DNA from: Minisyncoccota bacterium
GTDB taxonomy: Bacteria; Patescibacteriota; Minisyncoccia; Minisyncoccales; MHMH01
Assembly: GCA_028694095.1 (NCBI GenBank)
Contig: JAQUTZ010000002.1
Span: 9,254-33,253 of the forward strand
Length of the DNA stretch: 24,000 nucleotides
Direction: 5' to 3'
Position numbers and translations under genes: made by a program. The notes beneath the pieces are model-generated. The model was not told where the DNA came from. It worked only from the letters and a program-made list of their open reading frames with translations, and did no database searches. The stretch's first letter is position 1. Every line of letters begins with the position of its first letter. Shown here one piece after another: positions 1 to 8,247 of this stretch.

Positions 1-1644
1 GCCAGCGTAGAGCCCGGGGATACCTTCGAGATGGATTTGAAGCTGAATACAGAAGGGGGAAGCATAAACGCCGCTCAGACTACGGTTAATTTTCCCAATA
101 ATGTCTTGGAATTGGTGGGGGTCAGCAGGACCGACAGTATTTTTGATTTCTGGCTCGAAGAGCCCAGTATTTCCAACCAGGAGGGAACAATGAGTTTTAT
201 CGGAGGGACAACCGGCGGGGTGCAGGGAGCGGCTTTGCATATTTTAACCTTAAGATTTAGGGCTTTTGACGCCGGTTCCGGTTCTATATCTCTTTCTAAT
301 TCCGTGGTGACCGCTAACGACGGCGAAGGAACTGATGTTTTGTCTTCGGTAAACGGAGCGGCAATAAACGTAGCGGAACAGGCCGAAGAAGCGCCAGAAG
401 AGGAGTCTCCAATTGAAGAGCCTGAAGAGGAAGAAGTGGAGGAGCCTGAAGTAATTGAAAGAGAGCCCGTCCCTTCCGGGCAGCTTCCTTCGGCCCCGCA
501 GGTTAAGGTGCCCCTCTATCCCGAAGAAGGCGTTTGGTACAACCATCTTGGCGAAGTTATAGCTCTCTGGGACTTGCCCGAAGACGTGATACTGGTGGAA
601 ACCAAGCTGAGCCAAAGCCGGGACAGGGTTGACGGAACGATTGAGGAAGATTTAGTTACCGGAAAGAGGTTCGGAATTTTAGAGGAGGGTATTTGGTATA
701 TTAGGGTTCAATTTAGGAATAATGTCGGCTGGGGTCCTTTTACCTGGTACGAAGTGAGGATAGACGCCACTTCTCCTTTATCTTTCGAGATCGAAATAGA
801 CGATGAGGCGTCAGACAATCCAACCCCTGAGATATTTTTTGAAACCGAAGATTCTTTATCGGGAATTTCGCACGCAGTGGTTTTTATAGACGGAATGGAT
901 CCGGTCCAAACCGTAGAAACCACTTCTACGAGCATGGTTCTGCCTCCGCAGCCGCCGGGCATGCACGATTTAAGGGTGCGCATTATGGACGAAGCGGGTA
1001 ATGGCGTTGAAGACGATTTGAGATTCGAGATAATTCCCTTACCGACTCCCGTAATTGAGTTTGCCACGAGAGCCGCCACCCAAGGAGAGGCAATATTTTT
1101 ATCGGGTCGGAGTATTTCTAATGCTTTCATCGATTTAAGGATATTTAATCAATCCGGCGAGGAGCTGCTGCTGCAAACCACTCAAAGCAGCGGAGTGGGC
1201 GACTGGCAAATATCGATAGAAGAAGCTCTTTCCCGCGGAAAATACAAAATAACGGTGACAGCCAGAGACGAACGGGGAGCTTTAAGTTATCCCACCGAGT
1301 CATTGTCTTTGAATATTAGGGAGGAAATAATTTTTTCTGTCGGACCCGTTGATTTGGGCTGGTTTGAGATAGCAATAATAATATTTTTACTGGCAGTTGC
1401 CGGAATAAGCGGATACGCTTGGTACAATGTTTCCATGGAGAGAAAAAGAGCGGCATCGGAAGTTATAGAAGGCAGGAATGTTAAAGATATCGCCGAACGA
1501 CTGGAAGAAGACATCAGCCAGCTGGAGGAAAAAGCCGGCGATGACGAAGAAATATTCTCTCCCACCGTTAAGGCGGAAATAGAATATTTCCTAAAAAGGA
1601 TGAGAAAAAACGTTCGGAAGATGAAAAACTACCTAGGGAAATAG
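1..1644 (+). CDS. Large cell-surface protein, 5' end off-window (cohesin-like N-terminal module, acidic Glu/Pro linker, Ig-like region, C-terminal TM anchor and charged tail)
   Basis: Frame 1 is open from nt 1 (ASVEPGDTFE precedes the Met at 31); stop TAG 1642-1644. The N-terminus (LKLNTEGGSINAAQTTVNFPNNVLELVGV...) resembles cohesin-like modules. Linker EEAPEEESPIEEPEEEEVEEPE; hydrophobic helix WFEIAIIIFLLAVAGISGYAWY near the C-terminus. Confidence 0.8.
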   Translation, partial: ASVEPGDTFEMDLKLNTEGGSINAAQTTVNFPNNVLELVGVSRTDSIFDFWLEEPSISNQEGTMSFIGGTTGGVQGAALHILTLRFRAFDAGSGSISLSNSVVTANDGEGTDVLSSVNGAAINVAEQAEEAPEEESPIEEPEEEEVEEPEVIEREPVPSGQLPSAPQVKVPLYPEEGVWYNHLGEVIALWDLPEDVILVETKLSQSRDRVDGTIEEDLVTGKRFGILEEGIWYIRVQFRNNVGWGPFTWYEVRIDATSPLSFEIEIDDEASDNPTPEIFFETEDSLSGISHAVVFIDGMDPVQTVETTSTSMVLPPQPPGMHDLRVRIMDEAGNGVEDDLRFEIIPLPTPVIEFATRAATQGEAIFLSGRSISNAFIDLRIFNQSGEELLLQTTQSSGVGDWQISIEEALSRGKYKITVTARDERGALSYPTESLSLNIREEIIFSVGPVDLGWFEIAIIIFLLAVAGISGYAWYNVSMERKRAASEVIEGRNVKDIAERLEEDISQLEEKAGDDEEIFSPTVKAEIEYFLKRMRKNVRKMKNYLGK

Positions 1645-1647
1645 TGC

Positions 1648-1812
1648 ATGGCTTTAATCATTAAAAATCAGCAAAACAATTGGGCTTACGTTTTGATACT
1701 GGCGGTAATAGCTTTTGCAGTGGGCGGATTCGTCATTTTCTATTCACTGGAGACCATCGACGAGATAAATACACTGTCTTCCGCGGAAAGATATTTGGAA
1801 AAAGTTGATTAG
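1648..1812 (+). CDS. Small single-pass membrane protein (54 aa), below the ORF-track size cutoff
   Basis: ATG 1648 lies 3 nt after the upstream stop. Product MALIIKNQQNNWAYVLILAVIAFAVGGFVIFYSLETIDEINTLSSAERYLEKVD has one clear TM helix; stop TAG 1810-1812. No homology evidence. Confidence 0.4.
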   Translation: MALIIKNQQNNWAYVLILAVIAFAVGGFVIFYSLETIDEINTLSSAERYLEKVD

Positions 1813-1935
1813 AATTAAAGTTTAAGGTAAAATAAGAATCAGGAGTCTTGCTTTGAAGGTGATGATTAAATCCTATCGCCGCCTTCACGAGCGAGGGGAT
1901 AGGGGTGGGTATTTTTTTATTGTCCAATAAACGGC

Positions 1936-1964
1936 TTGACAAAAGGGCCGTTTTTTGGTATAGA
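1936..1964 (+). promoter_or_regulatory. Sigma70-type promoter candidate
   Basis: TTGACA 1936-1941, 17-nt spacer, TATAGA 1959-1964, upstream of ORF 2032..2361. Confidence 0.45.
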
Positions 1965-2031
1965 AATATGTTAAAGGTCGAATATTAATAATAGGATTTA
2001 CCTAAACAACCGGTGTCGTAAAGGCGATAGG

Positions 2032-2361
2032 ATGCTTTTACGGCATTTTTGTTTAAATGTCATGATTCCCAATGACATCAAAAACAACATGGAGGACAGG
2101 GTTTTAAGCTGGTTCTGGGTGATTCTATTTATCAGCGCCATACTCTTCTTTAAGGATTTATTGACGGATATGCACGTGGAAACTCTGCGCATAGCCGAAG
2201 AGAGGGAGCGGCTGGAGCAGGGCCTGGAAGAGCAAAGGGAGAAGAACGAAGATATGTACGAAGAGTTTTACGCTGAAATAAATAAGAGCATCGAAAAGGC
2301 GGTAGGAGCCTTGAACCGGGGCGATAATCCCGCTCAGAGCCTCGACTATCTATTGAGATAA
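2032..2361 (+). CDS. Hypothetical membrane-anchored coiled-coil protein
   Basis: ORF with TM segment VLSWFWVILFISAILFF followed by a charged helical region (RIAEERERLEQGLEEQREKNEDMYEEF). The start is uncertain: ATG 2032, 2062 or 2089, none with a good SD. Confidence 0.5.
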   Translation: MLLRHFCLNVMIPNDIKNNMEDRVLSWFWVILFISAILFFKDLLTDMHVETLRIAEERERLEQGLEEQREKNEDMYEEFYAEINKSIEKAVGALNRGDNPAQSLDYLLR

Positions 2362-2484
2362 CCCAATTAGCCGGTTTTGCCGATACCCCATTAAGTTACA
2401 ATGACTGATTTAAGCAAATTTCCACATATCAAGAAGTCGTACGACTCTCGAAGCTAAATAATGCTTTTAACGGCAATCAATTGT

Positions 2485-2506
2485 CAGTCCTTTGGGCTGT
2501 TTTTTT
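2485..2506 (+). terminator. Weak intrinsic terminator
   Basis: CAGTCC-TTT-GGGCTG (6 bp including one G-U pair) followed by TTTTTTT 2500-2506. Confidence 0.4.
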
Positions 2507-2516
2507 ATATCCCATT

Positions 2517-2545
2517 TTGATGGATTAGTCGAAAAATGTTAATAT
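2517..2545 (+). promoter_or_regulatory. Extended -10 promoter for the 2555 gene (near-leaderless transcript)
   Basis: TTGATG 2517-2522, 17-nt spacer, TGtTAATAT 2537-2545. The -10 ends 9 nt before ATG 2555 and there is no SD. Confidence 0.5.
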
Positions 2546-2554
2546 TCAATAATT

Positions 2555-3637
2555 ATGAGCAAAATATTGTTCGGAATTGTTTTATTTTTATCCGGCCTCC
2601 CGGTTTTTGCCTCGGCTGCAGCCGATTTGTCTCTGGAGGTTTCCGGCATTACTTTTTCCAAGCCGGAAGCTCTGGAAGGAGAAAAGGTAAGAATTTTCGC
2701 CAGGGTTTTTAACGAAGGAGATGCGGATGTTTTGGGATACGTTATTTTTTCCGGAGACGGTATCGAAATAGCCGATCCCCAGCCCATTTCCGTGAAAGTC
2801 GGGACCTACGACGATGTTTTTATTGATTGGACGGCTGTAGCGGGCACTTTTGATATTGAGGCGAGAATTGCAAGCGCCAGCCCTCCCGATGGGAATGCAG
2901 ACAATAATATAGCGGTAAAAAGTAATTATTTTGTCGACTTAGATACCGACGGTGATGGAATTGGCGATACCAGGGATCTCGACGACGACAACGACGGAAT
3001 TGCAGATACAGACGAGGCAAAGCTTGGAACCGACCCGCTTAATCCCGATACCGACGGAGACGGGACATCGGACCTAAAGGATATTTTCCCCTTAGATTCA
3101 TCTGAATGGGCCGACAGCGACGGCGATGGTACGGGAGACAATTCCGATCCGGACAACGATAATGACGGTTTATCTGACGAAAAAGAGGATTCTCTGGGAA
3201 CAGACCCTTTTAATCCAGATACCGATGGCGATAGCATTTCTGATTATCGCGATCATTTTCCTCTTAATCCAGAAGAGTGGCTGGATACCGACGGAGACGG
3301 CATGGGGAATAACCAAGATCTCGACGATGACAACGACGGAGTTGCAGACGAAGAAGAATTATTTATTTGGGGGACCGATCCCTTAACGGCCGACGATTTT
3401 GAAAAGCTTGAGACGGAGAAAGAAATTCTGCCAATCAATGGGGAATTGCCGTTAAACTCAGAATCGGAAGGTGAGGAAGAATTTAAACTTGATTCCTCTC
3501 ACGGGCAAGCATCAATAGCCGGCATTTTAAAGGATTTCTATAACAATAATCTATTAGATAAAGGAAGAGCAGCGCTGGCAGTTGGATTCTTTCTCTCGAT
3601 AATGTTAATATTATGGTTGGTTAGGAAAAAACGATGA
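2555..3637 (+). CDS. Secreted/anchored protein: signal peptide, CARDB-like domain, thrombospondin type-3 (TSP3) Ca-binding repeats, C-terminal TM helix
   Basis: Signal peptide MSKILFGIVLFLSGLPVFASAAA. CARDB-like DLSLEVSGITFSKPEALEGEKVRIFARVFNEGDADV. Repeated DTDGDGxxDxxDxDDDNDGxxD units. C-terminal AALAVGFFLSIMLILWLVRKKR. The stop overlaps the next start (ATGA). Confidence 0.85.
   Translation: MSKILFGIVLFLSGLPVFASAAADLSLEVSGITFSKPEALEGEKVRIFARVFNEGDADVLGYVIFSGDGIEIADPQPISVKVGTYDDVFIDWTAVAGTFDIEARIASASPPDGNADNNIAVKSNYFVDLDTDGDGIGDTRDLDDDNDGIADTDEAKLGTDPLNPDTDGDGTSDLKDIFPLDSSEWADSDGDGTGDNSDPDNDNDGLSDEKEDSLGTDPFNPDTDGDSISDYRDHFPLNPEEWLDTDGDGMGNNQDLDDDNDGVADEEELFIWGTDPLTADDFEKLETEKEILPINGELPLNSESEGEEEFKLDSSHGQASIAGILKDFYNNNLLDKGRAALAVGFFLSIMLILWLVRKKR
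2934..3390 (+). repeat. Intragenic tandem repeats encoding TSP3-type Asp-rich calcium-binding loops
   Basis: Recurring GATACCGACGG(A/T)GA(C/T)GG-type DNA units near 2941, 3048, 3113, 3219 and 3287, encoding DxDxDGxxDxxD motifs. Confidence 0.7.
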
Positions 3638-4833
3638 AAAAAGGATTAATCACACTATTTTTAGTAATATCAATCCTCCTGAGTTTCGGAGCCGGTTTTT
3701 ATTTCGGCAACATGCATATCCCTTCGACTCCGCCCGAGGGAGTGCTGAATGCGGAATTAGGAATGCCCGACGGCGTAGATTTCTCTCTCTTTTGGCAGGC
3801 CTGGAGGACCCTGGAGAACGCTTATGTCGATAAAGACGATATAGATTACCAGGAGATGATTTACGGAGCAGTTTCGGGCATGGTGGGCTCTTTAGGGGAC
3901 CCCTATACGGTATATTTTCCCCCCGAAGATGCTGAAATATTCAAAGAAGACGTAACCGGAGAATTCCAGGGGGTAGGAATGGAGATTGGGATAAGGGACA
4001 GCCAGCTGACAGTTATAGCTCCCATGGAAGGCACTCCTGCTGAAAGGGCCGGCTTAAGGGCAGGGGATAAAATAACGGCAATTAACGGAACTTCCACGCA
4101 AGGCATAAGCAGCGACGGAGCCGTAAAGCTAATCCGCGGACCCAAGGGCACGGAAGTCGTTTTGACTGTTTACAGGGAGGGCTGGGCTGAAACCAGAGAT
4201 TTTACTATCGTCAGGGACGTGATAGAAATACCTTCAGTCAAACTGGATATAAGAGACGACGGCGTTGCCTATATACAGCTTTATCAATTTTCCGAAGCAG
4301 CCAGGTCGGCTTTTGGAGAGTCAGCCGTTAATATAATCAACAGCGGAGCAGAAGCTGTAGTTTTAGATTTAAGAAACAATCCCGGAGGATATTTGGAGGT
4401 GGCGCAGTACATAGCAGGATGGTTTTTGGAAAGAGGGGAAATAGTTGCTATTGAGGATTTTGGGTCAGACAGAAAACCGAAAGAATATAAAGCCGAAGGA
4501 CCCTCCAGCCTACTTTCTTATCCGCTGGTAGTCTTGATAAACCAGGGCTCCGCATCGGGTTCCGAGATTCTAGCCGGAGCTTTAAGGGATAACAGGGGAG
4601 TGAAACTGGTGGGAGAGCAGTCGTTCGGCAAAGGTTCGGTTCAAACCCTGGAAGATTTAAGCGAAGGCTCCCTGAAGGTTACCGTAGCCAGATGGCTTAC
4701 CCCCGCAGGAACCCTTATCAACGGAAAGGGATTGGCTCCGGATGTGGAAGTAGAACTTACGGAAGACGATTTCAATGAGGACAGAGACCCGCAGCTCGAC
4801 AGGGCCATTGAAATAGTCAAAGAAATGGATTAA
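3634..4833 (+). CDS. S41-family carboxy-terminal processing peptidase (PDZ-containing, Ctp/Prc-like), N-terminal membrane anchor
   Basis: PDZ region GVGMEIG...RAGLRAGDKITAINGTS. S41 catalytic region VVLINQGSASGSEILAGAL and FGKGSVQT. 4-nt overlap with the upstream gene. Confidence 0.9.
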   Translation: MKKGLITLFLVISILLSFGAGFYFGNMHIPSTPPEGVLNAELGMPDGVDFSLFWQAWRTLENAYVDKDDIDYQEMIYGAVSGMVGSLGDPYTVYFPPEDAEIFKEDVTGEFQGVGMEIGIRDSQLTVIAPMEGTPAERAGLRAGDKITAINGTSTQGISSDGAVKLIRGPKGTEVVLTVYREGWAETRDFTIVRDVIEIPSVKLDIRDDGVAYIQLYQFSEAARSAFGESAVNIINSGAEAVVLDLRNNPGGYLEVAQYIAGWFLERGEIVAIEDFGSDRKPKEYKAEGPSSLLSYPLVVLINQGSASGSEILAGALRDNRGVKLVGEQSFGKGSVQTLEDLSEGSLKVTVARWLTPAGTLINGKGLAPDVEVELTEDDFNEDRDPQLDRAIEIVKEMD

Positions 4834-4846
4834 AATAAAGTAGAAT

Positions 4847-5293
4847 ATGAAAGTAATTCTCCTACAAGACGTAGATAAGGTTGGAAAAAAGTTTCAGGTT
4901 AAAAACGTTTCTGACGGATACGCCAAAAACTTCCTTTTTCCCAAAAACCTGGCAAAGCCCGCTACCCCGGAAGCTTTAAAGTGGCTCGAGATGCAGGAGG
5001 AAATTAACAGAAAGAAGGCAGAAGAGCATCTTCAGGAAACGGAAAAAATAGCCTCGAGCATTGATGGGGCTGAAGTTATCGTGCCCGTTAAGGTTGGCGA
5101 AGAGGGCCAGCTGTTTGAGTCGGTTAACGCCCAAAAGATAGCCGAAAAGCTCAAAGAATCGGGCATAGAAGTTAAAAAAACCCAGATTATCCTGAAAGAG
5201 CCCATAAAGGAGCTCGGCGAGTATCCCGTAAAAGTGAGTTTTGACCACAATTTGGAAGCGGAAGTGAAAGTCATAGTCAGCGAAGAAAAATAA
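4847..5293 (+). CDS. rplI: 50S ribosomal protein L9
   Basis: [40 protein letters not shown] is the canonical L9 N-terminal domain; 148 aa. Confidence 0.95.
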   Translation: MKVILLQDVDKVGKKFQVKNVSDGYAKNFLFPKNLAKPATPEALKWLEMQEEINRKKAEEHLQETEKIASSIDGAEVIVPVKVGEEGQLFESVNAQKIAEKLKESGIEVKKTQIILKEPIKELGEYPVKVSFDHNLEAEVKVIVSEEK

Positions 5294-5329
5294 TCTTACA
5301 TTTAAAACCTAATTTCTAAAGTTTTGGCC

Positions 5330-6946
5330 ATGCCAAAATTTATTTTTGTTGCGGGCGGAGTTATGTCGGGCATCGGGAAGGGAGTAACCACTGCCAGTAT
5401 CGGCAAGATACTGACCAGCAAGGGATACAGGGTTACTGCCGTTAAAATTGACCCTTACGTCAATGTCGATGCCGGGACGATGAATCCCATAGAGCACGGG
5501 GAGGTTTTTGTGACCGGAGACGGAACGGAATGCGACCAGGATGTCGGCAACTACGAGCGCTTTATTGCCGATAATTTAACTACGGACAACTACATTACGA
5601 CCGGCCGCGTTTACCAGGCTGTTATTAACCGGGAAAGGAATCTTGAGTACAAGGGAAAATGCGTGGAAGTTGTTCCTCATATTCCCCAGGAGGTTATAAA
5701 CCGTATTAAAAAAGCTGCCAGAAAAACCAAGGCAGATTTTGTTTTGATTGAGATAGGAGGAACGGTCGGAGAATACCAGAACAGCCTGTTTTTGGAGGCC
5801 TCGAGAATGATGAGGCTGGCTGCTCCCAACGACGTCCTTTTCGTTTTAATAAGCTATTTGCCGGTTCCCCAGATAATCGGAGAAATGAAATCCAAACCCA
5901 CCCAGCAGGCGGTAAGATGGCTGAATATGGCAGGAATACAGCCCGACATTATTGTAGCCAGATCTCTGGTTCCCCTGGACAAGCCGAGAAAAAAGAAGAT
6001 ATCTGTTTTCTGCAATGTGGCCAAAGAAGACGTAATCTCAGCTCCCGATATTAAATCAATATACGAGATACCTCTTAATTTTGAAAAAGACAGGCTGGGG
6101 GACAGGATATTGAGAAAATTCGGAATGAGAACCAAGAGGAAGGGGGATCTCCAGGACTGGAAAAGACTGGTCAGGATTATTAAAACCTCCAAAAAGCCGG
6201 TGAAAATCGGAGTGGTGGGCAAATATTTTGAGACCGGCAAGTTCACTCTGACCGACTCTTATATTTCAGTAATAGAGGCCATAAAGCATGCAGCCTGGTT
6301 TCATAAGAGAAAACCGGAAATACACTGGCTCTCCTCTGAAGACTACGAGAAGAACCCCAAAACCCTGAAAGAGTTGAAGGAATACGACGGCATAATAGTG
6401 CCCGGAGGATTCGGCGGAAGGGGAATAGAGGGAAAGATTAAGGCGATTGAATACTGCCGTAAAAACAAAATTCCTTTCCTGGGCCTTTGCCTGGGGCTTC
6501 AGCTGTCGGTGATAGAATTCGCCAGGCACGTTTGCGGAATCAAGAAAGCCCATTCGGCCGAATTCGCCGAAAGCGGGGATTTGGTTATTGACGTTATGCC
6601 CGAGCAGAAGGCCCTCATACGAGACAAGAAATACGGAGGCACAATGAGGTTGGGGGATTATAAATGCAAGTTGAAACCTAACACAAAAAGCATAAAAGCC
6701 TATAAGACCTCGAATATCGTTGAAAGGCACCGCCATCGTTACGAGCTGAATAATGAATACAGGGAGAAGCTGGAAAAAAACGGCATGGTTATGGCCGGAA
6801 TCAATCCTGAAAAAGACTTAGTGGAAATAGTGGAATTAAAAAAACATCCGTTCTTTGTCGCCGTCCAGTTCCATCCGGAATTCAAGTCCCGGCCCACCAA
6901 GCCTCATCCCTTATTTAAGGAGTTCATAAAAGCGGCCGTTAAATAA
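5330..6946 (+). CDS. pyrG: CTP synthase
   Basis: MPKFIFVAGGVMSGIGKG N-terminus, a C-terminal glutamine amidotransferase region (GLCLGLQ, HRHRYE, QFHPEF), ~538 aa. The track start 5324 is a TTG; ATG 5330 is preferred. Confidence 0.96.
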   Translation: MPKFIFVAGGVMSGIGKGVTTASIGKILTSKGYRVTAVKIDPYVNVDAGTMNPIEHGEVFVTGDGTECDQDVGNYERFIADNLTTDNYITTGRVYQAVINRERNLEYKGKCVEVVPHIPQEVINRIKKAARKTKADFVLIEIGGTVGEYQNSLFLEASRMMRLAAPNDVLFVLISYLPVPQIIGEMKSKPTQQAVRWLNMAGIQPDIIVARSLVPLDKPRKKKISVFCNVAKEDVISAPDIKSIYEIPLNFEKDRLGDRILRKFGMRTKRKGDLQDWKRLVRIIKTSKKPVKIGVVGKYFETGKFTLTDSYISVIEAIKHAAWFHKRKPEIHWLSSEDYEKNPKTLKELKEYDGIIVPGGFGGRGIEGKIKAIEYCRKNKIPFLGLCLGLQLSVIEFARHVCGIKKAHSAEFAESGDLVIDVMPEQKALIRDKKYGGTMRLGDYKCKLKPNTKSIKAYKTSNIVERHRHRYELNNEYREKLEKNGMVMAGINPEKDLVEIVELKKHPFFVAVQFHPEFKSRPTKPHPLFKEFIKAAVK

Positions 6947-6975
6947 AACGATGAAGGTTAATCCTTCATCGTTTT
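6947..6975. terminator. Bidirectional intrinsic terminator between convergent pyrG and rpmA
   Basis: AACGATGAAGG-TTAAT-CCTTCATCGTT, an 11-bp perfect stem flanked by an A-run and a T-run. Confidence 0.8.
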
Positions 6976-6997
6976 AAGTCCAAGAGTATTTATAAGA

Positions 6998-7276
6998 TTA
7001 TTTGGATTCCACGTTAACAACTTTAATCAGCCTTTGGGAATTATCAAACCTGATTTTCTTTTTAGTGGTAAAGCGAACTATGCCCTCAGCTACTGCGTAA
7101 AGGGTATCGTCGTTTCCCAGTCTGACATTCTTTCCGGGGATGAATTTTCTTCCCCTCTGGCGGATTATTATGGATCCGGGTTTGGCTTTTTGCCCGTCAG
7201 AAAGCTTTACCCCGAGATATTTTGGCGCGGAATCTCTCCCTAAATGGGTGGATCCGGCGGCTTTAGTCTTTGACAT
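6998..7276 (-). CDS. rpmA: 50S ribosomal protein L27
   Basis: MSKTKAAGSTHLGRDSAPKYLGVKLSDGQ...IIIRQRGRKFIPGKNV is the canonical L27 sequence. There is no Prp-type N-terminal extension and no adjacent rplU. Confidence 0.95.
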   Translation of the reverse strand: MSKTKAAGSTHLGRDSAPKYLGVKLSDGQKAKPGSIIIRQRGRKFIPGKNVRLGNDDTLYAVAEGIVRFTTKKKIRFDNSQRLIKVVNVESK

Positions 7277-7284
7277 ACGTCCTT

Positions 7285-7313
7285 ATGTTATCAGAATTAA
7301 TTAAATTTGTCAA
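7285..7313 (-). promoter_or_regulatory. rpmA promoter candidate
   Basis: On the minus strand: TTGACA (plus 7308-7313), 17-nt spacer, TAACAT (plus 7285-7290), then AAGGA SD before ATG 7276. Confidence 0.5.
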
Positions 7314-7503
7314 AAGAAACCAGGAAGACATTATCCTGGTTGCCGGGGTGGTTTTAATTTCCCTGCTATCATTTGCCGCAGGCTACATTATAGCTGAAAA
7401 CCGGAGCAAGGAGCCGCTTCAATTTGAAGAACGCTCCTCTAGCTTAACAAAACCCCTTCTATGTGATAGGATACAACATATTTTAGGAGGTAAGTATGAG
7501 TAA
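7285..7503 (+). CDS. Small single-pass membrane protein (72 aa) upstream of uppS
   Basis: The track start 7270 is TTG; the first ATG is 7285. TM helix IILVAGVVLISLLSFAAGYII. The 3' end contains the uppS SD (AGGAGG) and overlaps the uppS start by 8 nt. No homology evidence. Confidence 0.45.
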   Translation: MLSELIKFVKRNQEDIILVAGVVLISLLSFAAGYIIAENRSKEPLQFEERSSSLTKPLLCDRIQHILGGKYE

Positions 7504-8182
7504 TAAGGTTGTTCATTTAGGTATCATAATGGATGGAAATAGGCGCTGGGCTGCAGAAAAGGGCAAGAGCTCCATGGAGGGGCACATAGCCGGAGCCAGA
7601 AAGGTCCGCGAGGTCGTAAGGTGGTGTTCTAAAAGGGATATCGGGTACCTCACCCTCTATGCCTTTTCCACGGAAAACTGGAAAAGGTCTAAAGCGGAAG
7701 TGGCTTTTCTGATTAAGCTGATAGGCAAATTTCTCGATGAAAATCTGAAAGAGTTCAGTAAAGAGGGAGGGCAGATGATTTTTATCGGCGATAAAAGCCC
7801 ATTCCCGGAAAGCCTAAAAAGAAGAATAGACGAGGCGGAGATTATCACCCGGAACAACGAGAAAATCACCGTCAGTATTCTGCTTAATTACGGCGGCAGG
7901 GCGGAAATAACTGCAGCTGTCAAAAAGCTCGTTGAAAACAACGCGAAACCCGAAGAAATAACAGAAGAGCTGGTGGCGGAATCCCTGTATACGGCAGGCA
8001 TTCCCGACCCCGACTTGATTATCAGAACTAGCGGGGAACAGCGTCTTTCTAATTTTCTTTTGTGGCAATCCGCTTATTCAGAACTGTATTTTTGCCGCAA
8101 TCATTGGCCCGATTTCAGCGAAAAAGACCTTGATAAAGCGCTTGAAGAATTCTCTCTACGCCAAAGAAGGCTGGGAAAATAA
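7496..8182 (+). CDS. uppS: Undecaprenyl-diphosphate synthase (cis-prenyltransferase)
   Basis: HLGIIMDGNRRWA, YAFSTENWKR and RTSGEQRLSNFLLWQSAYSELYF are hallmark UppS motifs. Confidence 0.95.
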   Translation: MSNKVVHLGIIMDGNRRWAAEKGKSSMEGHIAGARKVREVVRWCSKRDIGYLTLYAFSTENWKRSKAEVAFLIKLIGKFLDENLKEFSKEGGQMIFIGDKSPFPESLKRRIDEAEIITRNNEKITVSILLNYGGRAEITAAVKKLVENNAKPEEITEELVAESLYTAGIPDPDLIIRTSGEQRLSNFLLWQSAYSELYFCRNHWPDFSEKDLDKALEEFSLRQRRLGK

Positions 8183-8187
8183 CTAAA

Positions 8188-8216
8188 AAAGGGGCGGCAC
8201 GAATGTCGCCCTTTTA
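8188..8216 (+). terminator. Intrinsic terminator after uppS
   Basis: AAAAGGGCG stem, 10-nt loop, CGCCCTTTT (8188-8196 / 8207-8215). Confidence 0.65.
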
Positions 8217-8247
8217 AATTTCTCCGATAATCGTTAAAATTAAATAT

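Noticed and set aside
250-1565. Minus-strand ORFs 250..615, 708..1130 and 1287..1565 inside the surface-protein gene. Similar antisense ORFs occur inside other long genes, for example 2926..3237, 3903..4151, 5854..6246, 6266..6736, 12016..12351, 21058..21300 and 22176..23225.
   Set aside because: All are fully nested antisense to well-supported CDSs and have low-complexity or Ser/Leu/Phe-rich products typical of antisense translation. None has a convincing SD or promoter.
1733-2192. Minus-strand ORFs 1733..1942 and 1998..2192 in the region between the small membrane ORF and the 2032 gene.
   Set aside because: They overlap the predicted plus-strand hairpin, promoter and CDS. They have no SD or promoter and their composition looks non-coding.
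2437-2446. Perfect 10-bp palindrome GTCGTACGAC in the 2362-2554 spacer, considered as a possible operator.
   Set aside because: It is a single isolated occurrence with no second half-site or repeat and no adjacent regulator gene. Support is insufficient.
7034-7243. 69-aa plus-strand ORF.
   Set aside because: It is entirely antisense to the highly conserved rpmA (L27) coding sequence.
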